DNA from: Lama guanicoe
Lineage: Eukaryota
Direction: 5' to 3'
Assembly (NCBI GenBank): GCA_013239625.1
Contig: MU053934.1
Coordinates: 4,730,399-4,794,398, forward strand
Length of the DNA stretch: 64,000 bases
This document shows, piece by piece, positions 38,201 to 49,609 of this stretch (the stretch's first letter is position 1; the number at the start of each line of letters is the position of its first letter). The position numbers were made by a program, and so were the translations under genes. Under the pieces are notes generated by a model. It did not search any database. It was not told the DNA's origin and saw nothing but the letters and a program-made list of their open reading frames with translations.

Positions 38201-39038
38201 AGTTACGTTCCCTTTTGTGACTCAGTTTCCTCATTTTTAAATGAGGCTTATAATAGTGCTGAGGGTTTAATGGGATAACACTTGCAAAGAGCTCCGATGG
38301 TGTTGACCACACAGCAAATGCCTGCGGGTTGTGTGCGGGGCAGATGGGAGGAGCAGAGACCAGAGCTGGAGGCTAACCAGGAGGCTGTGCAGGGTCCTGG
38401 TGAAAGACACTGAGGATGGGCTGAGGCCTCAGAGGAGAGAGGGGTAAAGCACAGGCAGAGACAGACCATGCATCATAGAGGAGAGCACTGCCCTTGGAGC
38501 CCAGCAGGCCTAGTGTGGAGCTCCACTCTGGTGTGTCCCAGCTGTATGAGCTAGGAGAGGCCCCTCATTTCTCCAAGCCTCAGTTTTACTCACCTATAAA
38601 ATGGGCCTGCTGACCCCCACTGCTCAGGGCCTTGTTGAGGAAGAATTGGGGGTGCCAGGCTCCTGGGAGACACCTGCCAAGTGCACTTTGAACTTGAAAC
38701 TGGTGAGAAGGGCAGAAGTTGCTGAAGAGGTGACTGGAAGGAGGGAGAGCATGACAGGCAGGGGGAAAGGCAAGGGGGATGGGGGACGTTTGCTAGTAAT
38801 TAGAACGTTTGAACTTCAAAAAAGTTAATTAATGATGAAGCTGCTACTGGAACGATGCTCAAGCTAGAAGAGGGCCCTGGCAGCGACTGAAGTTAATTAC
38901 AGGCTGTGGTGGGAGAGTGGCAAAGGAGTGGGGGGCGGGCAGGAAGGAGCAGAGCTGGGATGAGGAGGGTCTGAGGGGGAGGCAGGAGGGAAGGCAGCAT
39001 CCCAAGGTGAGCAAGGGCCCAGGAATGAGAGGGAGGCT

Positions 39039-39052
39039 GTTGCCACGGAAAC
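39039..39052. promoter_or_regulatory. RFX X-box
   Basis: GTTGCCACGGAAAC. Confidence 0.5.
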
Positions 39053-40235
39053 CATGTCAGACTTCCATCAGGCAAGAGGACTCACCCTTCCACTGAGTGG
39101 GGGGTTTGGCTAAGGGTCTGGCTGGCATAGCTACATCTGAGCTCAGAGCAAGGGCTTTGAAATTGAGGGGCCAGGCTTTCATTTGGGGGCAGTCAAGAAT
39201 CCTTGGATGTCAGAGTGGGCAGGGCCCAGAGAGATGGATTTACTTATTTGTACAACAGACATTTATTGAGCTCCTCCTAGATTCCTGTCACTGTCAGAGC
39301 TGTGAATGCAAAACCCCTGTCCCCTTGGAATGTAGATTTTAGCTATCGATAAAGTCAATGCTCATGTCAGCAAGACAACTTGTGAATGACCCAGGCCCTC
39401 AGTCCCTTCAAGCTCTGGCTCCTTTGCTCCTTGACTCTAGGTGGATTGGGAGGGGTGGGACTTGGCATCGTTCGGCTGTGTTCGAAGCCTGGGCAGGAAT
39501 CAGCCAGGAAGGAGATGGGTGCTGATAGGGAGAGTGATCTGGCTTGGGGAGCCCACTCATCCTGGGTCCAAGCAGGTGCCCCAGAGGCCCTGCAAGGTTG
39601 ATGGCAGTGGGAGACTTTCTGCCTGGGCAGACCTGAGGACATTGAGCCCCACTCCGCTTGGTTCGGAGCCTGGGGAGGGCCTAGGCACAGATATGCCAGA
39701 GTCTGGTGATGAGCTGTAACCCAGCCACAGGAGAGAAGAGAAGGACAGGGGTGCCTGGCCAATCTCAGCCATGCTGGACAACCCCTCGGCAGGCTTCAGC
39801 TCCAGGCCTTTGGCAGAGATGGAGGGGGCATGGGTCGGGGAGGGGAAGGGTGGTCAGAGAAGGAGGCAATGACAGTCAGAGGGAGGTGGTCAGAGATAGA
39901 GAGGCCGAGAAAGTCCAGAGATGGCCTGCCCGCTGGACCTCTGAGAGCCTCTCCTTTCCTGAGCGGGGAGCTCTCAGACTTGGGCAAGGGTCCTGGCAGG
40001 TAGCAGCTTGATGGGGTTTGGGTTCCCTGGTGGGTTTGGCACGTGTGGCCATGTCTATTGTGAGGGAGGGTAGGCTGGCTCCAAGGTCTCTAAAGGCTTT
40101 GAAAATGTGGGCTTGACCCATCAGGAGAGACACCTGGAGGGGAATGGGGTGTGGGCTTGTGTTTGTGGTGGGTGGGTGTACTCTGACCCCATGGCTATGG
40201 TCCCCTAACTGTTTTGTCCTTGACTTGGTGTGTAC

Positions 40236-40347
40236 GTGGTTTGAATGTGTCAGCATGCTGGTGATCCTACTGAACTGCGTGACACTGGGCATGTACCAGC
40301 CGTGCGACGACATGGACTGCCTGTCTGACCGCTGCAAGATCCTGCAG
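40236..40347 (+). CDS. CACNA1I: Cav3.3 coding exon 2 (112 nt; domain I S1)
   Basis: Encodes (P)[37 protein letters not shown]. Preceded by TCCTTGAC...TGTAC| and followed by |GTGAGG. CC+G restores the Pro codon, and 233+112 nt gives 115 whole codons. Confidence 0.96.
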
Positions 40348-41337
40348 GTGAGGCCGGCTGCTCTGGGCCCCGTCCACCACCCCACCCCACCCAGTGCCCC
40401 CCCAAACCTGCCCCTCTTCGCTCTGCCCTGCCCGGCCTAGCCACGTCTTCACCGCCTGGCCTGCCCTTGCTCCCCTGGTGGTCCTCTTCCTCACTCCCAC
40501 CTGGTCTTACCCATTTCCCTTTGTAATCCTCTCTCTCTTCCATCCCCTTCTCTCTATCTCAAGGCTTCTGCCCTAGTCCAGGCCCCCTTTTTCTCCTGCC
40601 TGAGGACCACCACCAGGTTCTTCCTGGTCTCCCAGAAATTCCCTGCAGAAAGCCTGCCTTGGCTCCAGTGCTCTTGGAATAAAGGCTGGGCTCCGTAACT
40701 CTCAGTCGGTGCCTTTAGGAGTGGCCTCTTGTATCTCTCCTGTTTTCAGCTCACCGAGGTCCCAGGTGGAGGCCTGACCTTTGATCCCTGCAGCACAGGT
40801 ATACCTAGAATGCAGGGTGTTAGGCTTATACCCATTTTACATATGTAGAAAGGAAACATCCAAGTCTGTCTCCCTGGGAAAGTCAGATTCCTCCTAGGAG
40901 GAATTGCCATCTGTCTCTTACGTTTCCACAGGACTCAGCAGTTCACAAGCTACTTGGGGCCTCTGATTCCTTTGGGGCACTTGTTAAGGATCCAGACTCC
41001 TGGCCCATCCCAAACCTGCAGAATTAGAATCTCTGGGGCAGTCTGGGGCCCAAGTGGGTAACAAGCTCCTTGGCCAGCCCTGGGGCCCTGGGTGGAGTTA
41101 GAACCAATTAACCTCAGCGGATACTAGGCTGGCTTCCCTACCAGGCGGTGAGTTCACTGAGCACTCATCTCTGTGTCCTCGACGCCCAGTCTACGTCCTG
41201 CACACAGGAGGTGCTCAGAGCCCACTTGTTGAACTGAATTTACTGTAGCCCTCTCTGATCCCTGAAAGAGGAACTCCACACAGGCCCTGTCCTCAGGAAA
41301 TATACACTCACTTGAGCCTGTGGCTAGGACATTTGAG

Positions 41338-41934
41338 GCCTCCTTTCTGAGCCAAGGAGGGCAGCATTCAAACCTGTGCCCAGGAAGATGTCAGGCCCAT
41401 TTTGAGAAAGCTCCTTCCACATGACTTTTGGAGTCAGATAGACCTGAGTGTCATTTCTGGTCTTCCATTCACTGTTGTATGATTTGTGGCAAGCGGCTTA
41501 AGCAGTCTGAGCCTTGGTTTCCTCATCTGTAAAATGGGAATATTCAGGGGATCATTGTGAGAATTGAAGAGAGAATGCAGATCACATGTCTAGCCCAGTG
41601 CTTGGTGATTATTAGGAAGGGCCCCTTTGCCCCACAGCCTCCTTTCTGAGCCAAGGAGGGCAGCATTCAAACCTGTGCCCAGGAAGATGTCAGGCCCATT
41701 TTGAGAAAGCTCCTTCCACGTGACTTTTGGAGTCAGATAGACCTGAGTGTCATTTCTGGTTTTCCATTCACTGTTGTGTGATTTGTGGCAAGCGGCTTAA
41801 GCAGTCTGAGCCTTGGTTTCCTCATCTGTAAAATGGGAATATTCAGGGGATCATTGTGAGAATTGAAGAGAGAATGCAGATCACATGTCTAGCCCAGTGC
41901 TTGGTGATTATTAGGAAGGGCCCCTTTGCCCCAC
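41338..41934 (+). repeat. Direct tandem duplication, 2 x 298 bp (period 299), containing a MIR relic
   Basis: 41338-41635 and 41637-41934 are identical except at 3 transitions (41421/41720, 41462/41761, 41479/41778). Confidence 0.97.
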
Positions 41935-42229
41935 TCCCAACTGGGTCCCTTGTCAGTACACTTGCTTTTAGAGAACAAATAGAGTGGGCTGGATGACCTT
42001 GGGCAAGCTCATTTCCCATTCTACCTCAGTCTGCTCATCTGTGAAATGACCGCATTGGACCAGGATCTCTGAGGTTCTCTTCCTGCCCAGGAGGAGAAGT
42101 TTCCAGATCTTCCCCTGGCCACTCGTATCTGTGCCCATGTTCCCACCTAACACCGTGGCTCTGAGCCCCAGATCCTGCTCCAGAACCTCACGCTGTCCCT
42201 TGCTTCTTGCCTTCCTCCTGCCCCTGCAG

Positions 42230-42363
42230 GTCTTTGATGACTTCATCTTTGTCTTCTTTGCCATGGAGATGGTGCTCAAGATGGTGGCCCTGGGCATTTT
42301 TGGCAAGAAGTGCTACCTTGGGGACACATGGAACCGACTGGATTTCTTCATTGTCATGGCGGG
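42230..42363 (+). CDS. CACNA1I: Cav3.3 coding exon 3 (134 nt; domain I S2-S3)
   Basis: Encodes [44 protein letters not shown](G), including the WNxLDF channel motif. Polypyrimidine tract plus CAG| acceptor, and GG|GTAGGT donor. Confidence 0.96.
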
Positions 42364-45069
42364 GTAGGTAGACCATATCAGACAGGTCCTAGCCTGTAGT
42401 GCATGCCAGACAAAATTTATGTAATCTCATGGGCTTCTTGGTAATAACGATGAAGCTGTGTGGTAATGCCTGGGTCCCTCCTGGACCCCTGCAGTGGAAG
42501 GAATGATGTCTCTTCACAGAATGGCCTGGACAGACAGACATTCCTTCCTCTCTACTCTGGTAAATCATGTGTCTTCCTGCACTGTCAGCTGATACTGCAT
42601 CTATTTTTTTTTTTGATACTACGTGTATTTTATACTAACTATGATCTTGAGAAAGCCACTTAAACTCTCTAAGCCTCAGTTTCCTCATCTGTAAAATGGG
42701 AGTAATAGATAATGAAGAGTAGCTACATCAAAGTGAGCACCCAGTAAATGTTGACTATTATTATTACCATCATCCTAGATCACTCGGCAGGTCAGAGATC
42801 CAGCACAGACTCAAGTACTGTCTGACTCCAAACTGTGGCTATTTCTGCCAAGGTGTAAGCTACAGTCAGAGAGGCCAGGTGATAACTTAGCGTGTTTTGG
42901 CGCATCTTGGGCCCTGCTCTGTGCCTTGTTCTTGCTTTCCTGTGTCAAACCAGGCTGATGACCCATTCATACACTCCTCCAACAAGCAGGGGTTAAATGA
43001 GCACCTACTAAGTGTTTGGGCCTACTGAGTGCTGCCCTAGTTGTAGGGTATGGAGGATGGCAAATCCAGACGTAGACTTTGTTCTTCCCCACTACCGTCT
43101 GGAGAGAGGCACCCGGCAGCCACATGGGTAAACATGCCATGCTGAGACCAGGGATCTGGGAAAGCGTCGTGGTTTTCTGAGAGCATTTCTGGGCCAGGCT
43201 GGGGCTTGCAGGCTTGAGGACTTGTCTGAGGAGGTGACACAAACACCAGAGCTGATGGGCGAGCAGGTGTTAACTATGCCCAGTAAGGGTCAATATGACA
43301 GAGGTGAGAAGGGGAGACCAAAAGGCTGGCAGCCCATGAGTGTGGGCCTGTGTGTGAGTGTGTACCTGTGTCAGTGTGTGAGAGCATGTGTATACGCATA
43401 TAGGTCTTGCCAGCATACGTGTGTGATGCCATATTTGGAAGGGACAGAGGGTGGACGGGCACACAGCTGTGCTGGCGAGTTAGCATCACCGAGTAGATGC
43501 TGAATCCCACAAATGTGCCCTGAAGTGAAAAGATTCACTCATTGGTGTTCTTTAAAATGTTTTAGCTCTTCCGTGTATCCTGTCCTAAGAGCTGTATTTA
43601 ATTTCACAACCATGTTGTCAACGATGGTTTAGACCTAAGTAGAAGTTCTCTTGGGTCTTTATGGTGTCCTGTGAACTGTGTCACCCCTTTGACAAAGTCT
43701 TCATTCTCAGTCTCATTTTGGTTTGGCTGGAGGACATCCTTAAGCAGTTTTTTTATTTTTTTATAATTTTTTTAAGGGAAGGTATTTGGATCGTGTCATT
43801 TTCCAGTCTTGTCAGTCCAAAAATATATTCCTTTGATCTTTGTGTGTGAAGGGTGGTTTTTGTCTGCAGTGTTCTAGAGTCATAATTTTTCTCCCTCAGA
43901 ACCCTGCACATGGTACCATCCAAACCTACACCACAGTCACTGAGCTATACCCGTCCCGACCCCTTTTAGAACTCAAGATTCATGTAATTCTTCAGGTCAG
44001 AAAAAAACTCTATACCTTCTTCGGTGATTGCCCATTCTCTGCTGTCTCCTGAATTCCCATAAGTGGCTGTTTCCCTCCTCTATCTGTGCTCTGCATCTTT
44101 CCTCATTTCTCTCACAGAGTTCATCCGGATGAGGAGAGAATTCCTTGGCTTGGCCTCTGAATCACTAATGAGTTCCTTTTCCCTCTTACAGTCCCTGATG
44201 GAAGCTTTTGTCTCCTCTGTGTCTTTTTAACACCAGGATCGCTTCTTGTCCTTGAATGTCTCGTTTTTCAGAGCAGTTTGTTTTAGTGGGCGCAACAGTC
44301 ACTCATCTCATTACAGGTACAGATTAGGCTTCTTAAAAGTCCTTTCCTGACCCCAAAGTCCAAGCATAATTTTCAAAAAGTTAAAAAAAATTACCCTCAC
44401 ACAAATCTTAGAAGGAACATGTATCACAGATTTATTCAGCTCATTAATGAGGAACCAGCAGGATGGTAATCAGCCGAATTAGGAAAATAGACATTGGAGG
44501 AAAAATTATAGGAATAAGAGGGGACTAGAATCAAAGCTAGTTAGTGGCTTTATAGGGCCATAAAACCATAACCTTTGGGGTTATCTTTTATATTGGGCAG
44601 AAATCACTTACGAATCTCTTATGAGTTCACATGTAATTTCACAACAGCCAGACCTTTAATTAACAGTAAAGAGTGACTCGAACAAAGGTATATTTCCCTA
44701 GATAATGAGATAATCTTTATACGGGTCTGTTAAATAATGCTCCAAATGCCATTGTGAGAAGTACTGCCCTCCCTTTGCCATATTTCCCAGTTTTAGGATG
44801 ATTTTTCTTAACTCCCGTTTCAGAGAAGTCATTTGTTTTGCTGGCTCCTCATGAGTGCCCCTACTCCGCCCTTTTGACTTGAAGAGTCTCCTCTGTTGCT
44901 TAATGATTCCCCTCATCTGCTCATATTTATAAATAAAGACAGCGAAGATCTAAGCTGAGCGGAGTGAGGAGCTGGCCTGGCTTCAGCACTGCCGTGGGGT
45001 TTCCGTTTGCTATCTTCTCTCAGTCCTTGGGGTGGGGTCCACAGGCCAGCATCCTCCTGGGGGTCAGGG

Positions 45070-45216
45070 AGGGCTGGACGCATGTGCAGTCCCATAGGGC
45101 CCCATGCTTGGTTTAATGCTCTGCTCGCACCATTTTGAAATTCTCAAGAAGTTTTGAACAAGGAGCCCTGCGTTTTCACTTAGCACTGGGCCCTGCAAAT
45201 TATATAGCCAGTCCTG
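45070..45216 (+). mobile_element. MER45A-like hAT-Tip100 MITE
   Basis: gcttggtttaatgctctgct...gcactgggccctgcaaattatatagccagtcctg is the reverse complement of the 21119 element. Confidence 0.7.
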
Positions 45217-47258
45217 GCTGGGGGGCGGGTTCAACAAAGACATTTTTGGGAGAGGCATGAATAGCCTTGGGCAGGAGGCTAGGGACTCCAGTGACCTACC
45301 CCTGTCCTCAAGCTCCGCCCTGTGCTTTGTGCCTGGGGATGATGAGCGCAGAGGGCAAGATGGGAAGCCACAACCCCCAGCATCAGAACGCAGCCCCCCC
45401 CAGCCCCACCCAGGCTCGCAGCTATAAATGTCCTGTTTCCCGAGTAACAGGCCTGTCATCCCGAGAATGTTTTCTTCCTTCCTGCTCCTCCTCTTCCCTG
45501 AATTACTGGCTCCCTCTTCAAGTGATGGAGGAGACAGAACCTCCACACTGGAAAGTTCCTCAGAGGTCAGAGCCTTTGTTTCAACATCCAGTCCGCCACC
45601 TGGGCCAGCTCACAAGACAGCCTATCGCAAACTGGGACAACCTGCTGTGCTAGACAGTTCTTTCGCTGAGCCGAAATTTGTCTTCCTGTAGCTCGCACCT
45701 GATGGGACCATGCGGTCACTGATTCATTCACAAAATCAGCATTTGCTGAGCACCTACTACATGCCAGGTGCTGCGCAGTGGGGACTCAAGGTGAACAAGA
45801 CAGATGCTCTCATGATTTCATGGAGCTCACGATTTAGGAAACAGATAATGAAATTCTAAACAAATTCTAAATTGGGATCAATGCTGTTGCAAAGAAGTAT
45901 AAGGGGCCATGAGGGTGTGGAATGGGGACCTGGCTTAGATGGCAGGAGAGGTTAGTATGCGGCTTCCTGAGAAAGAGAGGCCCCGGGGTAAGAGCTGACC
46001 AGGCAGGGGGTGGAGAGGGTGTCTCAGGGGAGAGGGGACAGCATGCAGAGGGCCTGGGGGTGTTGTTGGAGGAAGAGGAGGGAGAGCAGAGGGGCTGTGG
46101 GAGCCCAGGGACCCTGGGGGTGGGTGGGCGCTAAGGGGTAAAGCCAGGGAAGAGGGCAGGGGCCTGGTTGCACAGGGGGGCCTGGAGCCTGTGGACAGAG
46201 GCGTCCCCAACAGACTTGTGGCAGTCCTTCTCAAATTGGAAGGCGGCTCCTCTCCTCCCTGAGTCTCCCTTTCTCCACATAAAATGTCCCCGGCACCTCT
46301 CACAGTTTGTCAAAGGACTGGTGAGGTGGCCTCACCTGCTGGACTGACTCGAGGCTGTCGTGGTCCCCAGCTGGGGAGCAGGACCCCAACCTCCCAGTGA
46401 TGACTTATGGGGGAGAGAAGGGGCAGCCCTCACCTCAGGGCAGCGTGGTTGTGGGGACCTGCAGAGTGGCTGCTCTGCCTGCCATGCCTAGGTCCCGTTC
46501 ACTCTCCAAGCCAGGCCTCTCCCACCCTGGAACTAAACACAGTTGATTTAAAAAAACCCAAAACCTAAATATCTAACTTTACATTTATTATTAATTTCAT
46601 CTTATACTGATCTCTTGGAGCCTTGATTCAGTCATTCATTACATTATTTCCCGTCCTTGATCAGCCAGGACAGCCCTGTGGCACCTCACTGGAGACTCTT
46701 CTGGTGTGAGACAAAGCCCCAGTAATCACTGGATAATTGTTGAATTTACCTCACTGTCTTATTTAAGCTGTACTTCTCTGCCTTTGTCCATTAGGAGGTC
46801 ATGAAATATTCAATGACATTCTTGTTGAACTCGAGATTTTCTTTATCTATATCTTTCCCTTGGTGCATCACGCTGGTAATAACTACTTCCTCCTCTAGCT
46901 AAAAACATGAAATGGCCACTGACAGCTGTGGGGAGGGGTCTGGGCACCTGCTGAAATCACCCCTAAGAATTCCTGATGACGGGTGTCTGGGGTGAACCAG
47001 GGCTCTAGGGATCTTTCCAGAATGAGGCTGAGCTAGAGCCCTTGCCAAGGGCATGGCCGGTGGGGGCCCCCACCTTGGATGAGTGCAGGGAACAGGAGTG
47101 GCTTTGAGTGTGAAAGCCACTGAAAGCTTCCGACTGGGATGGCGTCCAGGAGGGGGCCTCGGTGTGGGAAGTGGAGCCGCCCAGGGACGCGTGTGAGCAG
47201 ATGGGGAACGGGCAACCTCCCCCAGCCTCAGACATATGTGTGGCCTTGTACCCCTTCT

Positions 47259-47425
47259 CAGTGCTTCTCCAGATTCAAGGAGCAACAGGATTGCTGGGGC
47301 ACATGTTAAAATATAGATTCCTGGGCCTCACCCAAGGGACCCAGATCCAGCAGGTATGGAGGGCCTGGGAATCTGCATTTTATGAAAAAGCCCCGGTGGC
47401 CCTGATGCAAGGGGATCTAGTTCAT
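47259..47425. mobile_element. MER5-like hAT-Charlie MITE
   Basis: cagtgcttctc...gttaaaatatagattcctgggcctcaccc...gggcctgggaatctgcatttt. Confidence 0.6.
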
Positions 47426-48214
47426 CTGACCCTCCCAGAGCCCTTGTTGAGAGCGCTTCAAGTGTGGATCACGATTCCCAGTCTGGAAACCACAGGTAGC
47501 GGAAGAGGCATGGGGAGGACTCCATCTCTGATCTGTGTCCGGAATCTGAATTAATTCTCATGACAAGAAGATATACTATGTCACCAGGACAGTGGGGATT
47601 CCTTGTAAGCATTTCTGTCATCATTAATAATATTAACACAAATAGCAGTAGCGTCAGTAACTCCACACCTTGACCACGGAGCGGGAGAGAGAGGCTGGGC
47701 CGGGATCTATTACACCCTGGAAACAGCTTCTCCCAAGTGTGCCTGGGGAACAGCTTCTCCAGCTTGACTCCTACAGGCTCTTGGGAGACAGAACATCAGT
47801 AAGAATTGTTCGTCATCCCTGGACTAGAGCTTTCTAAAAAGATTAGGCAGGCCTGTCCCCTCTGTGGTTGCTTGCTGAGAGTTCCTATTGTCCAAAGTGC
47901 CCCATCAGTGGGACTTTAAAAAGCAAAGGGGATTGAATCCTCTTAGGCATTATCCAGGTGATAAAAATAAGATCATCTACTGTTTGCTGAGTACTCTGTG
48001 TGGGCCCGATGCTGGGCATTATCTGGCTTAATCTTCAGACTAGCTCTGTGAGGGAGGAACTGCGGTCAGTTCCGTTTCACAGATGAGGCACAGGGACAGG
48101 GAGTCACCTGCCTGAGGTCACGGACTGGTAAGGGGCAGAGCCAGGAGTTGAGCCCAAGGAGTTGGGCTCCATGGGCTGGGGTTGAATCCTGGTTCTGTGT
48201 AACTTGCTGGGTGT

Positions 48215-48620
48215 ATTTGTCAGGGATGTGTTTGGCTGCAAGTAACAGAACATGTGACCAACAGTGGCTGAAGCAAATCCTGGGGTGTTTTTTCTGACAT
48301 AACACGAAGTTCTGAGATTGGTGGTTACCAGTGATGGCTCTGTGATGTGGGGGCTGACGTGCTTGTGATTTTCCAGGTCTTTCTTTCATGGTCACAAGGT
48401 GGTGTTGAAGTTGTGGGCGTTTTTTCTGCAGTGAAGGCAGGAAGAGTGGAGGGAGACAGGGCTATGCCAGCTGCGCCTCTACTTGGGTCTGGGAAGCGAC
48501 ATTTTTCTCTTCTAGATCCTTCCCCTGTCCCAGCACACTTGGCCAGAACTGGGTCTCATGGCCATGCTTAGCTGTAAGGGAAGCTAGGGAAATAGAAAAC
48601 ATCATTGAATTTGGATAAAT
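48215..48620. mobile_element. MaLR (MLT1-like) LTR relic
   Basis: ggctgcaagtaacagaa...ttggccagaactgggtctcatggcca...agctgtaagggaagctagggaaat. Boundaries approximate. Confidence 0.55.
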
Positions 48621-49176
48621 CAACCAAGAATTGTTCTCTGGGGCCAGGCAACACTGGAAGAAGAGAGAATGCACATTAAATGGGCAACTCAGAGTCTGCC
48701 CTCTCCTGAGTTTCTTTGTCTCTTGGCCAGAGCTGTGACTCTGCCATGTCTCCAAGTCCCAGTTGGAGCCTTCTGTCTGGGCTGACTGGGGGTGTGCGTG
48801 ATCTGCTGAGAAATCCAAAGTCAGTTACCAACTGGTGCAAGCTCTGCAGAGGCCCGCACCCACCAGCAGACCTGCTGTGGTTACGGGTGTCAGAGGGTCA
48901 CCACTGGCCTGTTTCCAGAAGCCTCTTCTTCAGTTGGCCCCCTTCCTGCACGGCTCTGTATGCGTGACCTCTGGGTCAGGGAAGCACTCTGCATGTCAGC
49001 AGGCCCAGGGCACCCTCCTGGCTCTGTCACTGACTTTACACCGATTTATCCTGGGGTCTACAGGTCTGTCTGCTCCAAGGCCTGGATGCTCTGAGGGCAG
49101 GGCTGAGGCTGAGCCATTGTCCTGGAGTCCTTGGAGCCTGGCCCTGGGCCAGCATGGAGGGGAGGCCCCATGACAT

Positions 49177-49306
49177 TTTTTTTTTAATGGGGGGAATAAT
49201 TAGGTTTATTTATTTATTTATTTATATATAGGGGCACTGAAAATTGAACCCAGGACCTCATGCATCCTAGGCATGCACTCTGCCACTGAGCTATACCCTT
49301 GCCTTT
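49177..49306 (-). mobile_element. Vic-1-type tRNA-derived SINE (camelid)
   Basis: Same family as 24230 (GGGTATAGCTCAGTGGCAGAGTGCATGCCTAGG...GGTTCAAT), with an (AAAT)n and poly-A tail. Exact TSD CCATGACAT at 49168-49176 and 49307-49315. Confidence 0.85.
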
Positions 49307-49502
49307 CCATGACATGTTTTGTATCTTTGTGCACAGTCACCACAGAGCTGGGGGATCTGGGGCCATTTTCTTTCTTTCTGAACTGGCCCTTGGGTGAGTG
49401 TGGACCTGGGAAGTTTCCAGGGGGAATCCTGGTGTGGATGATTTTTGATTTACATATGGAGTACAGTGGGAGAGGGAGAGAGATGATCACCAGCTCCAGT
49501 CC

Positions 49503-49516
49503 GTTTCCATGGAAAC
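49503..49516. promoter_or_regulatory. RFX X-box
   Basis: Perfect 14-bp palindrome GTTTCCATGGAAAC. Confidence 0.55.
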
Positions 49517-49609
49517 AGGATGCTAGCTGCTATGGTGGGCGGGGTAGCGATAAGTCACCAGAGATTCTCAGGCTACAGGCTGATAAGCCAGACACCAGTC
49601 AATCATAAG

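Larger units (their letters stand above)
22243..40235 (+). other. CACNA1I: U12-type (minor spliceosome) AT-AC intron of CACNA1I, 17,993 nt
   Basis: The 5' end is ATATCCTTT (U12 donor consensus). Branch site TCCTTGAC at 40217-40224 and terminal AC at 40234-40235. This junction preserves the conserved NP-WF reading frame. Confidence 0.95.

Noticed and set aside
40144..40235. In-frame ATG extension upstream of coding exon 2 (MGCGLVF...)
   Set aside because: This is intronic read-through containing the U12 branch site. Homology to Cav3.3 starts only at WFE.
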